A program made the translations under genes and the position numbers. From Escherichia phage vB_EcoM_G2540, in sequence record MK327936.1: DNA of 64,000 nucleotides. The stretch is one strand, 5' to 3'. Positions 1 through 9,000 of this stretch are shown here, piece by piece. The notes under the pieces were generated by a model. That model saw only the letters and a list, made by a program, of their open reading frames with translations. It was not told the origin of the DNA and made no database searches. Position 1 is the stretch's first letter. Every line of letters begins with the position of its first letter.

Positions 1-511
<511 letters not shown>

Positions 512-967
512 TTAAAAGAGGCTGTTCATTATTCGGTAAAGTGAAGGACCCATCACATATTGCCACTGAGTACGAGGAATAAGAGCAAAAGCATCCATCT
601 CTGGAATCATAATACCATCTTTATTTTCAAAATAAGACTCGCAATGGCAATTTCTAAACATCTCATGCTCTACTGGAATCGTATAATAAAACAGCTGTAA
701 GTCTTTATTACTAGAATATTTAAATACACCTAGGTCTTCTAGAAGGTCTGGATTATAATTGCTAAAACCGGTCTCTTCTAAGCATTCTCTTCGTGCTGCA
801 TCTAGTGCGCTCAAATCAGAATTTTCTACACGGCCTTTTGGAATATCCCAGCGATGTGCCATCATTCCAGGCTTACGAGAACCAGTAACCCGTCCCATGA
901 ATAAATCTTTATCTTCTGTCATAAAGATAATACCAGCTGATAATGTTTTCATTTTAATTTCCTGCAT
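512..967 (-). CDS. nudE: Nudix hydrolase NudE (e.1)
   Basis: 151 aa ORF with Nudix box-like GRVENSDLSALDAARRECLEETG; position right after e as in T4; alternative start at M6 (952) has a better SD. Confidence 0.8.
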   Translation of the reverse strand: MQEIKMKTLSAGIIFMTEDKDLFMGRVTGSRKPGMMAHRWDIPKGRVENSDLSALDAARRECLEETGFSNYNPDLLEDLGVFKYSSNKDLQLFYYTIPVEHEMFRNCHCESYFENKDGIMIPEMDAFALIPRTQWQYVMGPSLYRIMNSLF

Positions 968-1437
968 TCGGTGATAAAATTATTTAAATTTTGAGTATAT
1001 TTCTTTTCATCAAAAATCTTTTGCTGCCTACGTAAACGCCATGGCATTTCAATGAACGTGTACCATATCCCAGATAATATTGCTGCTGTAAAAATATTAA
1101 CAAGTATGGTTAAAATAATCCAATCTCCCGTTCTGTCTACTGGACTTTCTCCAAAGAAGCAAAATATAAATGATGTCACAGGAAAACTAATAATATACCA
1201 CAGAATCATAATCTTATCTGTGAACCAATCAGTGTTCGTTAATTTAGCGCGACCATTATGAATACACACGAATTTATCATCTGTTGCAGTAGATGGCTTA
1301 ACTGGTTGATATCCCATTCTAAACTCCCTAATCAGCAAATTTTTCATATCTTCGGAACAGCCATTCCAGTCAACTCTATCAACTGAAATGCCATCATCCC
1401 CATCATCTAAATCATACCAGCGAGTTTTTAAAATCAT
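949..1437 (-). CDS. Small membrane protein (positional equivalent of T4 e.2), 2 predicted TM helices
   Basis: 162 aa ORF; hydrophobic stretches ILWYIISFPVTSFIFCFF and ILTILVNIFTAAILSGIWY; C-terminal ...FITECRKLK; stop overlaps next start. Confidence 0.6.
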   Translation of the reverse strand: MILKTRWYDLDDGDDGISVDRVDWNGCSEDMKNLLIREFRMGYQPVKPSTATDDKFVCIHNGRAKLTNTDWFTDKIMILWYIISFPVTSFIFCFFGESPVDRTGDWIILTILVNIFTAAILSGIWYTFIEMPWRLRRQQKIFDEKKYTQNLNNFITECRKLK

Positions 1438-1808
1438 TTGATTTTCCTACAATCATTCACGAATTCTTTCATTGATTCATTTTCAATATAAGACATGTAG
1501 TTATTATATTCTTTTAATTGTATTTTGTAATCCTTTTTTCTTTGCCAATTTATTTTAAAATTATCATAATGAAAATATAAAATAATACCAAAGAATGAAA
1601 ATAATGAAATCGCTATAGTATAATGAAGTTCACTCCAAACTTCTATTATATCTACTATACCGCTGACATTACTGCGGATGTTTAAAATAATACAATCAAT
1701 CATTAATCCAATAAGACTACCAGCAAGAGCTGCAGCCAACGCCACAGCAAAAATTAAAAATGACTCAGGAAGCGAATATTTGACTTTATTTAGTTTTGGC
1801 TTTTGCAT
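1434..1808 (-). CDS. Small membrane protein (e.3-like), 2 predicted TM helices
   Basis: 124 aa; TM-like FLIFAVALAAALAGSLIGLMI and TIAISLFSFFGIILYF; C-terminal ...FVNDCRKIK; ATGA stop/start overlap with downstream gene. Confidence 0.6.
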   Translation of the reverse strand: MQKPKLNKVKYSLPESFLIFAVALAAALAGSLIGLMIDCIILNIRSNVSGIVDIIEVWSELHYTIAISLFSFFGIILYFHYDNFKINWQRKKDYKIQLKEYNNYMSYIENESMKEFVNDCRKIK

Positions 1809-2182
1809 CGTGATTCCTTAACAAATTTCATAATTTCATCAAATTCATACGCAGCAAGTTTAAGCTGGTGTTCCTTTTTAATCTTTTCACACTGTGCTTT
1901 CCAATCACGTACGCGTTTACGATAATGTCTTCCTTGATACCAGTATCCTACCCAATTTACAGGTACTAATAAAAGTGGAACTATTAATGGAAGAATTAGC
2001 ATTAATACAAGTATTTCGCCAGAATCAATATCAGTCATAACATCTAAAACACCTCCAATAATCAATAGAATTACAAATGATATGAGTATAACAGGACCTA
2101 TTAATACATCAGTAGAAATTATCTGACGCTTTAATTCATACTTTAAGGGTTTACTTGGAAGATACATTGATGGCTTTGACAT
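1790..2182 (-). CDS. Small membrane protein (e.4-like), 2 predicted TM helices
   Basis: 130 aa; TM-like LIGPVILISFVILLIIGGVL and ILVLMLILPLIVPLLLVPV; basic C-terminal tail ...KFVKESRCKSQN. Confidence 0.6.
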   Translation of the reverse strand: MSKPSMYLPSKPLKYELKRQIISTDVLIGPVILISFVILLIIGGVLDVMTDIDSGEILVLMLILPLIVPLLLVPVNWVGYWYQGRHYRKRVRDWKAQCEKIKKEHQLKLAAYEFDEIMKFVKESRCKSQN

Positions 2183-2756
2183 ATTCTCTGCATTCCTTCA
2201 CAAATTTTTCTAGTAATAAATCGCTTTCAAAATTGGGATTTTCCACGAATTTATCAAAAAGATCATCAACAATAGTTAAGATATTCTTTTTACTAAGAAT
2301 ACGTTTATTTTCATGCTTCGTTTCAGAATCAACTATAAGAGTAAAGAAATATTTCTTTCCCTGAAATTTTACCGTAGTATCAATATAAAATAAATTTGAC
2401 TTTTGTAAATTACGTTTAAACCATGCGTCACTTAAACTATAAACGCCAAGATAATCATAATCGTCGTTTAAATAACAAACTGTCCATTCAGGAGAAATGA
2501 AATCAGTAAATTCAACATCAAAATCACACGTCAATGAATGAATTGATTCAATGCTTTTAATGAGTATTCCAGGACGTATTAAAGACTTTTTACCTTTATA
2601 AAATCCAGAAAGACTTTCATCAGTTTCATATGAAGACCCCCAATAGTAATTACGTCCTTCTGCCATACGTTTAAGAGCATTTAGTAATTGATCTGGAACA
2701 TCAACCTGTCTTTGGAACTCTTCAAACATTGAATTGAAATCACTTTGCATTTTCAT
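2151..2756 (-). CDS. Hypothetical protein (e.5-like)
   Basis: 201 aa ORF, T4-like codon usage, C-terminal ...EKFVKECREYVKA overlapping next gene start. Confidence 0.55.
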   Translation of the reverse strand: MKMQSDFNSMFEEFQRQVDVPDQLLNALKRMAEGRNYYWGSSYETDESLSGFYKGKKSLIRPGILIKSIESIHSLTCDFDVEFTDFISPEWTVCYLNDDYDYLGVYSLSDAWFKRNLQKSNLFYIDTTVKFQGKKYFFTLIVDSETKHENKRILSKKNILTIVDDLFDKFVENPNFESDLLLEKFVKECREYVKAINVSSK

Positions 2757-2777
2757 TCCTATTTACTCCAAGTAATA

Positions 2778-2791
2778 GGGGCCGAAGCCCC
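2778..2791 (-). terminator. Intercistronic GC hairpin (GGGGCUUCGGCCCC on minus strand)
   Basis: Perfect 5-bp stem with 4-nt loop immediately after the 2798..3391 ORF; same 17-nt motif recurs at 43289-43305. Confidence 0.4.
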
Positions 2792-2797
2792 TTATCA

Positions 2798-3391
2798 TTA
2801 TTTCAGAGAATTAATGTATTCCTGAACATCGGCAGAGGTAGTTTCAACCCCAGAAATATTGCCATTAAAGGTTTCAACTCGAGCAAGAGTATCTTCAATA
2901 TCAACCTTAGTCAGTGCTGCAATTTCAACTACATCATCAGCAGTACTAATTCCGAGGGCATTCGCAGCACGAGTTTCACGGATATATTCCAATTTAACTG
3001 CAAGTTCTTGGCGAGCATCATCTAACTCAACTACTTTCTTGGCGATTTCAATTCGCATTTCAGCATAACCATCAGCTTTAGTAGTCAACTGCTCAGCTGT
3101 TCGACGATATAGTAAACCAAGTTTAGCATGCATTGTTACATCTTGACCTTCGGAAAGAAGCTTGCGAATTTCGCGCTCTTTTGATTCGGCTTGTCGATTC
3201 TTTTCGACAATAAGTTCACGAATACGTTTTTCTTCATTAATAGATTTAACGGAAGCAGTTTTTAGGTCTTTAATCTTATCAAGTAGTTTTGCTGCCGCAG
3301 CGGTATACTGCTCTTCAACAGATAGATTTTTAGCCATAGCAGAACCAAGTTTAGTGCGAATAAACTCAACAATTTTCTTCAGTGTGTTCAT
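2798..3391 (-). CDS. Coiled-coil protein, tentatively PspA/IM30-like (e.6-like)
   Basis: 197 aa, long heptad-like charged helical segments ([27 protein letters not shown]...[25 protein letters not shown]) resembling PspA architecture; family assignment unverified. Confidence 0.5.
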   Translation of the reverse strand: MNTLKKIVEFIRTKLGSAMAKNLSVEEQYTAAAAKLLDKIKDLKTASVKSINEEKRIRELIVEKNRQAESKEREIRKLLSEGQDVTMHAKLGLLYRRTAEQLTTKADGYAEMRIEIAKKVVELDDARQELAVKLEYIRETRAANALGISTADDVVEIAALTKVDIEDTLARVETFNGNISGVETTSADVQEYINSLK

Positions 3392-3434
3392 AGTATTTCC
3401 TTAGGTTAATTAAGATTTAAAATCCACGAGAGTA

Positions 3435-3611
3435 TTATACTCCGGATAGTTTGTAAACTATTTCAACATCGCCTTTTGCTGCTTTATAACCTTCAGCCCA
3501 AGATACAACCGAGTTTTTATCTGAAGATTCAAATTCTGGCATTGGGCTTTCGCCAATGTTCACGCAGTATGTTTCTTCATTTTCGTCAAACCAAATAATT
3601 AAAGTAGTCAT
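3435..3611 (-). CDS. Small hypothetical protein (58 aa; e.7-like), below ORF-track cutoff
   Basis: ATG (rc) at 3609-3611 preceded by GGAG SD; translation MTTLIIWFDENEETYCVNIGESPMPEFESSDKNSVVSWAEGYKAAKGDVEIVYKLSGV; fills gap between flanking genes. Confidence 0.4.
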   Translation of the reverse strand: MTTLIIWFDENEETYCVNIGESPMPEFESSDKNSVVSWAEGYKAAKGDVEIVYKLSGV

Positions 3612-3680
3612 TTATTTCTCCGTTTTCTGTATTTGTTTTGATAAGTCTATAATAACACCGTCCTTGGTATTTGTACACAA

Positions 3681-3956
3681 TTATTTCATATTATTGAAAT
3701 ATTCTTCTGCGATTTCATCGTTATCATGGTAAACTTTAGAAGACAGTTTAACATAACCTTCAGCAGTGAACATGTTAATCACAACCTTTACAGTATACCA
3801 CTGACCGTCTTCATTACCCATTACTGCATAAGTTTCAAACATCGGATGGTCAGGACCGATAACTTTAATATCATTCACTGTACGACCAAAATCTTCTGAA
3901 ACACATTTCATAAAGAAGTTGAACAGTTCGCCGTAATTATCCATTTCATTCTCCAA
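3681..3956 (-). CDS. Hypothetical protein (e.8-like)
   Basis: 91 aa ORF, first gene downstream of an early-promoter-like element. Confidence 0.55.
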   Translation of the reverse strand: MENEMDNYGELFNFFMKCVSEDFGRTVNDIKVIGPDHPMFETYAVMGNEDGQWYTVKVVINMFTAEGYVKLSSKVYHDNDEIAEEYFNNMK

Positions 3957-3987
3957 GTTGTTTTCTGTATCAGTAGTTGATAGTTGT

Positions 3988-4037
3988 ATAGTACCATGGA
4001 AGAACAGGGATGTAAACAGTTTTGTGAAAAAATTTTA
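3988..4037 (-). promoter_or_regulatory. T4 early-type promoter (GTTTAC -35, 18-nt spacer, TACTAT -10) with conserved upstream TTTCACAAA element
   Basis: Minus strand reads ...CACAAAACTGTTTACA-N-TACTAT; same architecture at 7893-7940 and 8261-8309. Confidence 0.5.
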
Positions 4038-4150
4038 AAAAGTTTTGGGGAATTCTAGGGCAGGGAGGGGCAATTAAAGGATAGGATAATATATTATAAA
4101 GGGTAGAAACTAAATGATGCCTAGAGAGGCCCGGAAAGGCCTAGATACCA

Positions 4151-4180
4151 AAAAGCCCCAACCTTTCGGTCGGGGCTAAG
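4151..4180 (-). terminator. Rho-independent terminator (copy 1 of a 30-bp repeat)
   Basis: Minus strand GCCCCGACC-GAAA-GGUUGGGGC followed by UUUUU; 30-bp sequence aaaagccccaacctttcggtcggggctaag identical to 4706-4735. Confidence 0.7.
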
Positions 4181-4184
4181 AATG

Positions 4185-4658
4185 TTATTTGATTTGTTTA
4201 GCAGACCAAATGCGGTCTTTAATAATTTTTTGAATGTCTTCAACATACTCTAGGTCATGAGCATGTGGATTATCTTTGAAACTATGAGCTCGCGCAAGTT
4301 TCTGGCCTTCGGTCTTAATTATCAAAAGTTCTTTAAGAATTGCTTCATACCTGGAGATAATTCCTTTAGCAATATTTTTTTCTTGTGCTGCTTTAGTGTC
4401 AGCCTTAGGAGCAGGTTTACCTGAAGCCTTTGCAAAAGCAGCTCCAGTAGCAACTAAACTTTTCCAAGCCATACTAACTGCATTCCCTGTAAATCCTTCG
4501 GCTTTCATATCACGAGCAAATTGGAATCGTGATTCATCGGAAGCATCTTTATAGGAATATTTACCCGCGGCAATGGCAGCTTTTGCGACAGCTTGAATTT
4601 CGGTGCTAGATGCTTCATTTAACACCGCTTCATTTAAAAATTGAGCATATGATTTCAT
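4185..4658 (-). CDS. Internal-protein-like protein with N-terminal capsid-targeting-like sequence (MKSYAQFLNEA)
   Basis: 157 aa ORF; N-terminus resembles the T-even IP capsid targeting sequence MKTYQEFIAEA with LxE motifs (LNE/A) typical of gp21 protease sites; late promoter TATAAATA 37 nt upstream; flanked by identical terminators. Confidence 0.6.
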   Translation of the reverse strand: MKSYAQFLNEAVLNEASSTEIQAVAKAAIAAGKYSYKDASDESRFQFARDMKAEGFTGNAVSMAWKSLVATGAAFAKASGKPAPKADTKAAQEKNIAKGIISRYEAILKELLIIKTEGQKLARAHSFKDNPHAHDLEYVEDIQKIIKDRIWSAKQIK

Positions 4659-4694
4659 CTTATTTCCTGTTTTAATTCGTGGTTTTAATATACT

Positions 4695-4702
4695 TATTTA
4701 TA
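4695..4702 (-). promoter_or_regulatory. Late promoter box TATAAATA for the IP-like gene
   Basis: Plus tatttata at 4695-4702 = TATAAATA on minus strand, between terminator copy 2 and the ATG at 4658. Confidence 0.55.
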
Positions 4703-4705
4703 CTA

Positions 4706-4735
4706 AAAAGCCCCAACCTTTCGGTCGGGGCTAAG
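4706..4735 (-). terminator. Rho-independent terminator (copy 2 of the 30-bp repeat); end of tRNA/stable RNA transcription unit
   Basis: Identical hairpin plus U-run as at 4151-4180. Confidence 0.7.
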
Positions 4736-4740
4736 CCTTG

Positions 4741-5040
4741 CGGCAACCTTGTTGGGGTTCCACCTGCTAAGGCAAGTGTTTGTACGAAACGCCGGGATTC
4801 GAACCCGGTTATTAAGTAGTTGACGCTACTCAATATTTTTAAAAGGCCATATCTCGACCATATCCGAACGTTCCGTCAAAAACGCTACTCGGCTTACGGC
4901 AAAGATATTTCCTCGAATCGATAATTCGGTGCGCCGTTTCTGCTGTGATAGTAAAGAATCAGAACACAGTAAAACTGTGGGAGAAACTATACTCCAGGGA
5001 ACATCAGTCCGACGACTTACCGGTAGCGACCCGGTTTCTT
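4741..5040 (-). ncRNA. Stable tRNA-like RNA region (candidate equivalents of T4 species 1/2 RNAs, rnaC/rnaD)
   Basis: No protein ORF; contains a canonical T-arm (CCGGG-UUCGAAU-CCCGG, plus 4792-4808) plus flanking potential acceptor pairing, directly downstream of tRNA-Arg as in T4; exact ends not determined. Confidence 0.4.
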
Positions 5041-5043
5041 GTC

Positions 5044-5119
5044 TGGTCGAGGCAGTAGGGATCGAACCTACGACCCAGGACTTAGAAGGTCCTTGCTCTT
5101 CCTTCTGAGCTATGCCCCG
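5044..5119 (-). tRNA. tRNA-Arg (anticodon UCU), CCA encoded
   Basis: Hand-folded cloverleaf: acceptor CGGGGCA/UGCCUCG, D arm GCUC..GAGC, anticodon stem AGGAC/GUCCU loop CUUCUAA, T arm GUAGG-UUCGAUC-CCUAC. Confidence 0.88.
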
Positions 5120-5122
5120 TAA

Positions 5123-5788
5123 TTAAAATTTCATTTTTCGACCTTTAAACCATCCTTCTGGAATTGGGTCAGTTTTCTTAATAAGTTTAGAAACTTTTTC
5201 ATCTAATGAATGAATCCACATCATACCAAATTGGGAATTCTTTTCGCCTTGTTGGTGTTTATTTCTGGCGTGAGATTCTTTCATTTTATTAATAGTTTCA
5301 AGAGTATGGGTCTTACCCAAGAAAGATTTAGTATTTAAAAATTTCTCTCTATACTTAGGATTATCCCAAAGCTGTTTAAACCTTTCTGAACCCATTTTAC
5401 GATATTTTTCTTTAAGGTCTGGGTCGTTCTCAAATCTGGTTTTAAAAGCGGCAGCTCCTTTTAAGGAAGCTTCTTTCTTTTTATCCAAATATTCTTTAGT
5501 GTTTAAATGGTCCCAACCACCTTCACCACCTAATTTCAAATTATAAACATCAGGGCGCTTTAAAAACTCTTCAGTCACAATATTCTTTTCTGACTCAAAC
5601 ATAGAGGTTTTATCGTCAAAGAACTCTAATATTTCTTTAGAAAAATTTTCTATACCATACTTATCTTGGGCTCTTTTTAATAATTTACCAGAACCCATAT
5701 ATCCATCATCTAAATTTTCGGTAGAATGCACACCAATATAAATTTTATTATTAATTTTATTTGTTATTTTATAAGTGTAATGGAACAT
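5123..5788 (-). CDS. segB: GIY-YIG homing endonuclease (SegB-like) embedded in the tRNA cluster
   Basis: 221 aa; N-terminal GIY-YIG module (YTYKITNKINNKIYIGVH...GYMGSG); location between tRNA genes as for T4 segB. Confidence 0.8.
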   Translation of the reverse strand: MFHYTYKITNKINNKIYIGVHSTENLDDGYMGSGKLLKRAQDKYGIENFSKEILEFFDDKTSMFESEKNIVTEEFLKRPDVYNLKLGGEGGWDHLNTKEYLDKKKEASLKGAAAFKTRFENDPDLKEKYRKMGSERFKQLWDNPKYREKFLNTKSFLGKTHTLETINKMKESHARNKHQQGEKNSQFGMMWIHSLDEKVSKLIKKTDPIPEGWFKGRKMKF

Positions 5789-5829
5789 AAATATCTCCTA
5801 TTTCTAAGAGTATTTATGTTCCCAAAATA

Positions 5830-5901
5830 TGGCCCTGGGTGGAATTGAACCACCATCTGGCGATTATGAGTCGCTTGCTTGAACCTTCCAGCTACAGGGC
5901 C
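5830..5901 (-). tRNA. tRNA with CAU anticodon (T4 tRNA-Ile reading AUA; would score as Met by anticodon alone)
   Basis: Cloverleaf: acceptor GGCCCUG/CAGGGCC, anticodon loop CUCAUAA, T arm GGUGG-UUCAAUU-CCACC. Confidence 0.8.
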
Positions 5902-5907
5902 TTGATA

Positions 5908-5980
5908 TGCTGATTGACGGAATCGAACCGCCGACATCCTCATTACAAGTGAGTTGCTCTACCTACTGAGCTAAATCAGC
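5908..5980 (-). tRNA. tRNA-Thr (UGU)
   Basis: Acceptor GCUGAUU/AAUCAGC, D arm GCUC..GAGC, anticodon loop CUUGUAA, T arm GGCGG-UUCGAUU-CCGUC. Confidence 0.85.
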
Positions 5981-5987
5981 GAAATTA

Positions 5988-6074
5988 CGGAGGCGATAGG
6001 ATTTGAACCTATGAGTCGCCGGAGCGACTGCCGGTTTTCAAGACCGGTGCATTAAACCACTCTGCCACGCCTCC
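5988..6074 (-). tRNA. tRNA-Ser (UGA), long variable arm
   Basis: Acceptor GGAGGCG/CGCCUCC, anticodon stem CCGGU/ACCGG loop CUUGAAA, long extra arm, T loop UUCAAAU. Confidence 0.85.
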
Positions 6075-6076
6075 AG

Positions 6077-6150
6077 TCTCCATACAAGGATTTGAACCTT
6101 GGACCTCCTGATCCCAAATCAGGCGCTCTACCAAACTGAGCTACACGGAG
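6077..6150 (-). tRNA. tRNA-Pro (UGG)
   Basis: Acceptor CUCCGUG/UAUGGAG (with G-U pairs), D arm GCUC..GAGC, anticodon stem CCUGA/UCAGG loop UUUGGGA. Confidence 0.85.
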
Positions 6151-6162
6151 TAAATTAAATTT

Positions 6163-6234
<72 letters not shown>

Positions 6235-6240
6235 AAACTT

Positions 6241-6327
6241 TGGTACGAGAAGTGGGACTCGAACCCACAAGGAAATCATTCCGCAGCATTTTAAGTGCTG
6301 TGCCTTTACCAATTTGACCATTCTCGC
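6241..6327 (-). tRNA. tRNA-Leu (UAA), long variable arm, CCA encoded
   Basis: Acceptor GCGAGAA/UUCUCGU, anticodon stem CAGCA/UGCUG loop CUUAAAA, T arm GUGGG-UUCGAGU-CCCAC. Confidence 0.85.
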
Positions 6328-6328
6328 G

Positions 6329-6401
6329 CTGGGAATAAAGGACTCGAACCTTTGCATCTAGCAGTCAAAGTGCTATGCCTTACCAACTTGGCTAATTCCC
6401 A
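6329..6401 (-). tRNA. tRNA-Gln (UUG)
   Basis: Acceptor UGGGAAU/AUUCCCA, D arm GCC..GGC, anticodon stem UAGCA/UGCUA loop CUUUGAC, T loop UUCGAGU. Confidence 0.85.
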
Positions 6402-6487
6402 ATTATTAACAAAGGCTCTCAAACAAGAACCCTTGATGATAGAGGGTATTAATCAGTGCGGTATGAGTTAATAATAACAAATAATTC

Positions 6488-7003
6488 TTAAAGCAAATTA
6501 AACATTTTAACAGTCGGCAAAACAATTTCTTTTTCTATATAAGAGTATTTAACACTCTCAACTACACGCAGAAAATCATAATCATAATATTCAGAAGCAC
6601 TGCCTAAAATATTAATAAGTCCTTCAAACACTTTATTACCATTCACAAAGAATAAGTCAAATACACGTTCTTCATCTTCTTCAGATTTATTACCAAGGTC
6701 AACTTCTATATCAAAGACCTTTTTAATGAATTCTGGATAAAGCTGGTCTGAGAACAGTCCTTCAACCAAGTATTCATAAATAAAAAGCGATTGCTCGCTG
6801 AACAAGCCATTACCACAATAACGTTCAACTTTTGTGCTAGAATGTCTGCTTTTAAACTTCTTTAAAAGATATTGGAATTGTAAGATTTCATGCTCTTCTA
6901 CACCAAACAGTGTTTTAGTTTTATAGTTGTCACCATCATTTTCCCAGGTAGTGACATCAATTACGTAACCCTGCGGAATTGTAGTACCTAAACAAATATT
7001 CAT
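6488..7003 (-). CDS. Hypothetical protein (tRNA-adjacent ORF)
   Basis: 171 aa ORF, compact operon arrangement with overlapping stop/start. Confidence 0.55.
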   Translation of the reverse strand: MNICLGTTIPQGYVIDVTTWENDGDNYKTKTLFGVEEHEILQFQYLLKKFKSRHSSTKVERYCGNGLFSEQSLFIYEYLVEGLFSDQLYPEFIKKVFDIEVDLGNKSEEDEERVFDLFFVNGNKVFEGLINILGSASEYYDYDFLRVVESVKYSYIEKEIVLPTVKMFNLL

Positions 7004-7293
7004 TTACTCACCATATTAATGTAAGTATATTCAATACATTCAAGACCCAAAGGATTCTTGAAAATATCATATTCAAGAGGACCTTTTTCTGTTTCAATAA
7101 AGAAATCAAAATTTACTGTATTAAATTTACGGTCTTCCTTCAATAATTTAACTTGAGAAGATGAACGGTCAACATAAACCTTTTCAACTTCAAAACATGT
7201 TAAAACGCCATAATCATCAATCAAGGCTTTAGCCGCGTCTTGATCATATTTATATCCATTTTCAATGGACGATACTTTAGCATAAAGAATCAT
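7000..7293 (-). CDS. Hypothetical protein
   Basis: 97 aa ORF; ATGA overlap with downstream gene. Confidence 0.5.
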   Translation of the reverse strand: MILYAKVSSIENGYKYDQDAAKALIDDYGVLTCFEVEKVYVDRSSSQVKLLKEDRKFNTVNFDFFIETEKGPLEYDIFKNPLGLECIEYTYINMVSK

Positions 7294-7296
7294 TAT

Positions 7297-7716
7297 TTAC
7301 CCTTCATCAACAATAGTATGAGTGTGGGCATTTACAATTTGCCACCAATCAAAGCGATTAGAACCATACATTGGGTTGTTCTCATTTTCTTTGATAATGT
7401 CACGGAGTTCATCTTCGGTAGCGGCTTTCGCGATTAAATCAGCATATCCACCGCGAGGATAATAATTATCACCTGCAAAAAGTAAAAAGTTCGGTTTAAT
7501 ATTATTGAACTCTTCAAGAGTAATAACTTTTCCTGTCGGTTGAACAATCTCTACATATTTATATCCTAATTTTTGAGCAGCATCTACTGCTTCAAGCAAA
7601 GTATCATGAGCCCATCCAATTTGACAACCTGGCTTTTCAGATGGATTAGCCTGATAATCCGCGTACACTTTATACATTCTATTCACCTTTAGAAATTTTA
7701 TCCATAACGATAGCAA
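7297..7716 (-). CDS. Hypothetical protein
   Basis: 139 aa ORF. Confidence 0.5.
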   Translation of the reverse strand: MLSLWIKFLKVNRMYKVYADYQANPSEKPGCQIGWAHDTLLEAVDAAQKLGYKYVEIVQPTGKVITLEEFNNIKPNFLLFAGDNYYPRGGYADLIAKAATEDELRDIIKENENNPMYGSNRFDWWQIVNAHTHTIVDEG

Positions 7717-7864
7717 TTAAACCAATTAAAAATGCTACTACAAGTGAAAAAACATTTTCTGCTGTAGTTAATAATCCGCATATAAATCCAACAAACATTG
7801 AAAAACTAAAAGCGGAAGCAGAAATTGCAATAGCAACATTTCGAATTAATTCACAGCGTTTCAT
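7679..7864 (-). CDS. Small hydrophobic membrane protein
   Basis: 61 aa, two hydrophobic segments; first ORF after early-promoter-like element at 7893-7940. Confidence 0.45.
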   Translation of the reverse strand: MKRCELIRNVAIAISASAFSFSMFVGFICGLLTTAENVFSLVVAFLIGLIAIVMDKISKGE

Positions 7865-7892
7865 TTTATTCTCCTCAGTAGTTGATAGGGTA

Positions 7893-7940
7893 ATAGTATC
7901 ACAACTAAAACCCTATGTAAACAACTTTGTGAAAAATTTA
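7893..7940 (-). promoter_or_regulatory. T4 early-type promoter (GTTTAC / 18 nt / TACTAT) with TTTCACAAAGTTGTTTACA upstream element
   Basis: Minus-strand motif; near-identical element at 8261-8309 and 3988-4037. Confidence 0.5.
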
Positions 7941-8225
7941 TTACAAAAGATTTTTTGCAATAATTTTAAGCTGAGCTACTGAAATATGCTTGGCTTTAAA
8001 CAAAGCAGTTTCTTCAGCAGGGGAGATAACGATTGTAGCACCATCTTTCTTAGCGGACCATCCATCACCCAGGTAAACAGTACCTTTGACTTCTTCGCCA
8101 TCAACCAGGCTAATCATCGGTTTACCTTCACGTCCTTTGTTTGCTTTAATAACTTCAGAAGTAAGGGTCGCTTCAGTCAAAGTAGAAGCGTTAGTCGTTG
8201 AAGTGAATTCTTGATAAGTTTTCAT
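7941..8225 (-). CDS. ipI: Internal protein I-like (capsid-packaged, CTS MKTYQEF...)
   Basis: 94 aa; N-terminal MKTYQEFTSTT... capsid-targeting-like leader with LTE/A and LTSE/V candidate gp21 cleavage sites; position upstream of 57B as in T4. Confidence 0.7.
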   Translation of the reverse strand: MKTYQEFTSTTNASTLTEATLTSEVIKANKGREGKPMISLVDGEEVKGTVYLGDGWSAKKDGATIVISPAEETALFKAKHISVAQLKIIAKNLL

Positions 8226-8260
8226 TTTATTTTCCTAAATTAATAAATGTGTTGATGGAG

Positions 8261-8999
<739 letters not shown>

Positions 9000-9000
<1 letters not shown>

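Noticed and set aside
5830-5901. CAU-anticodon tRNA could be called initiator or elongator tRNA-Met
   Set aside because: In T4 the corresponding tRNA is an Ile isoacceptor reading AUA after anticodon modification; position and cluster order match, so tRNA-Met is the less likely call.
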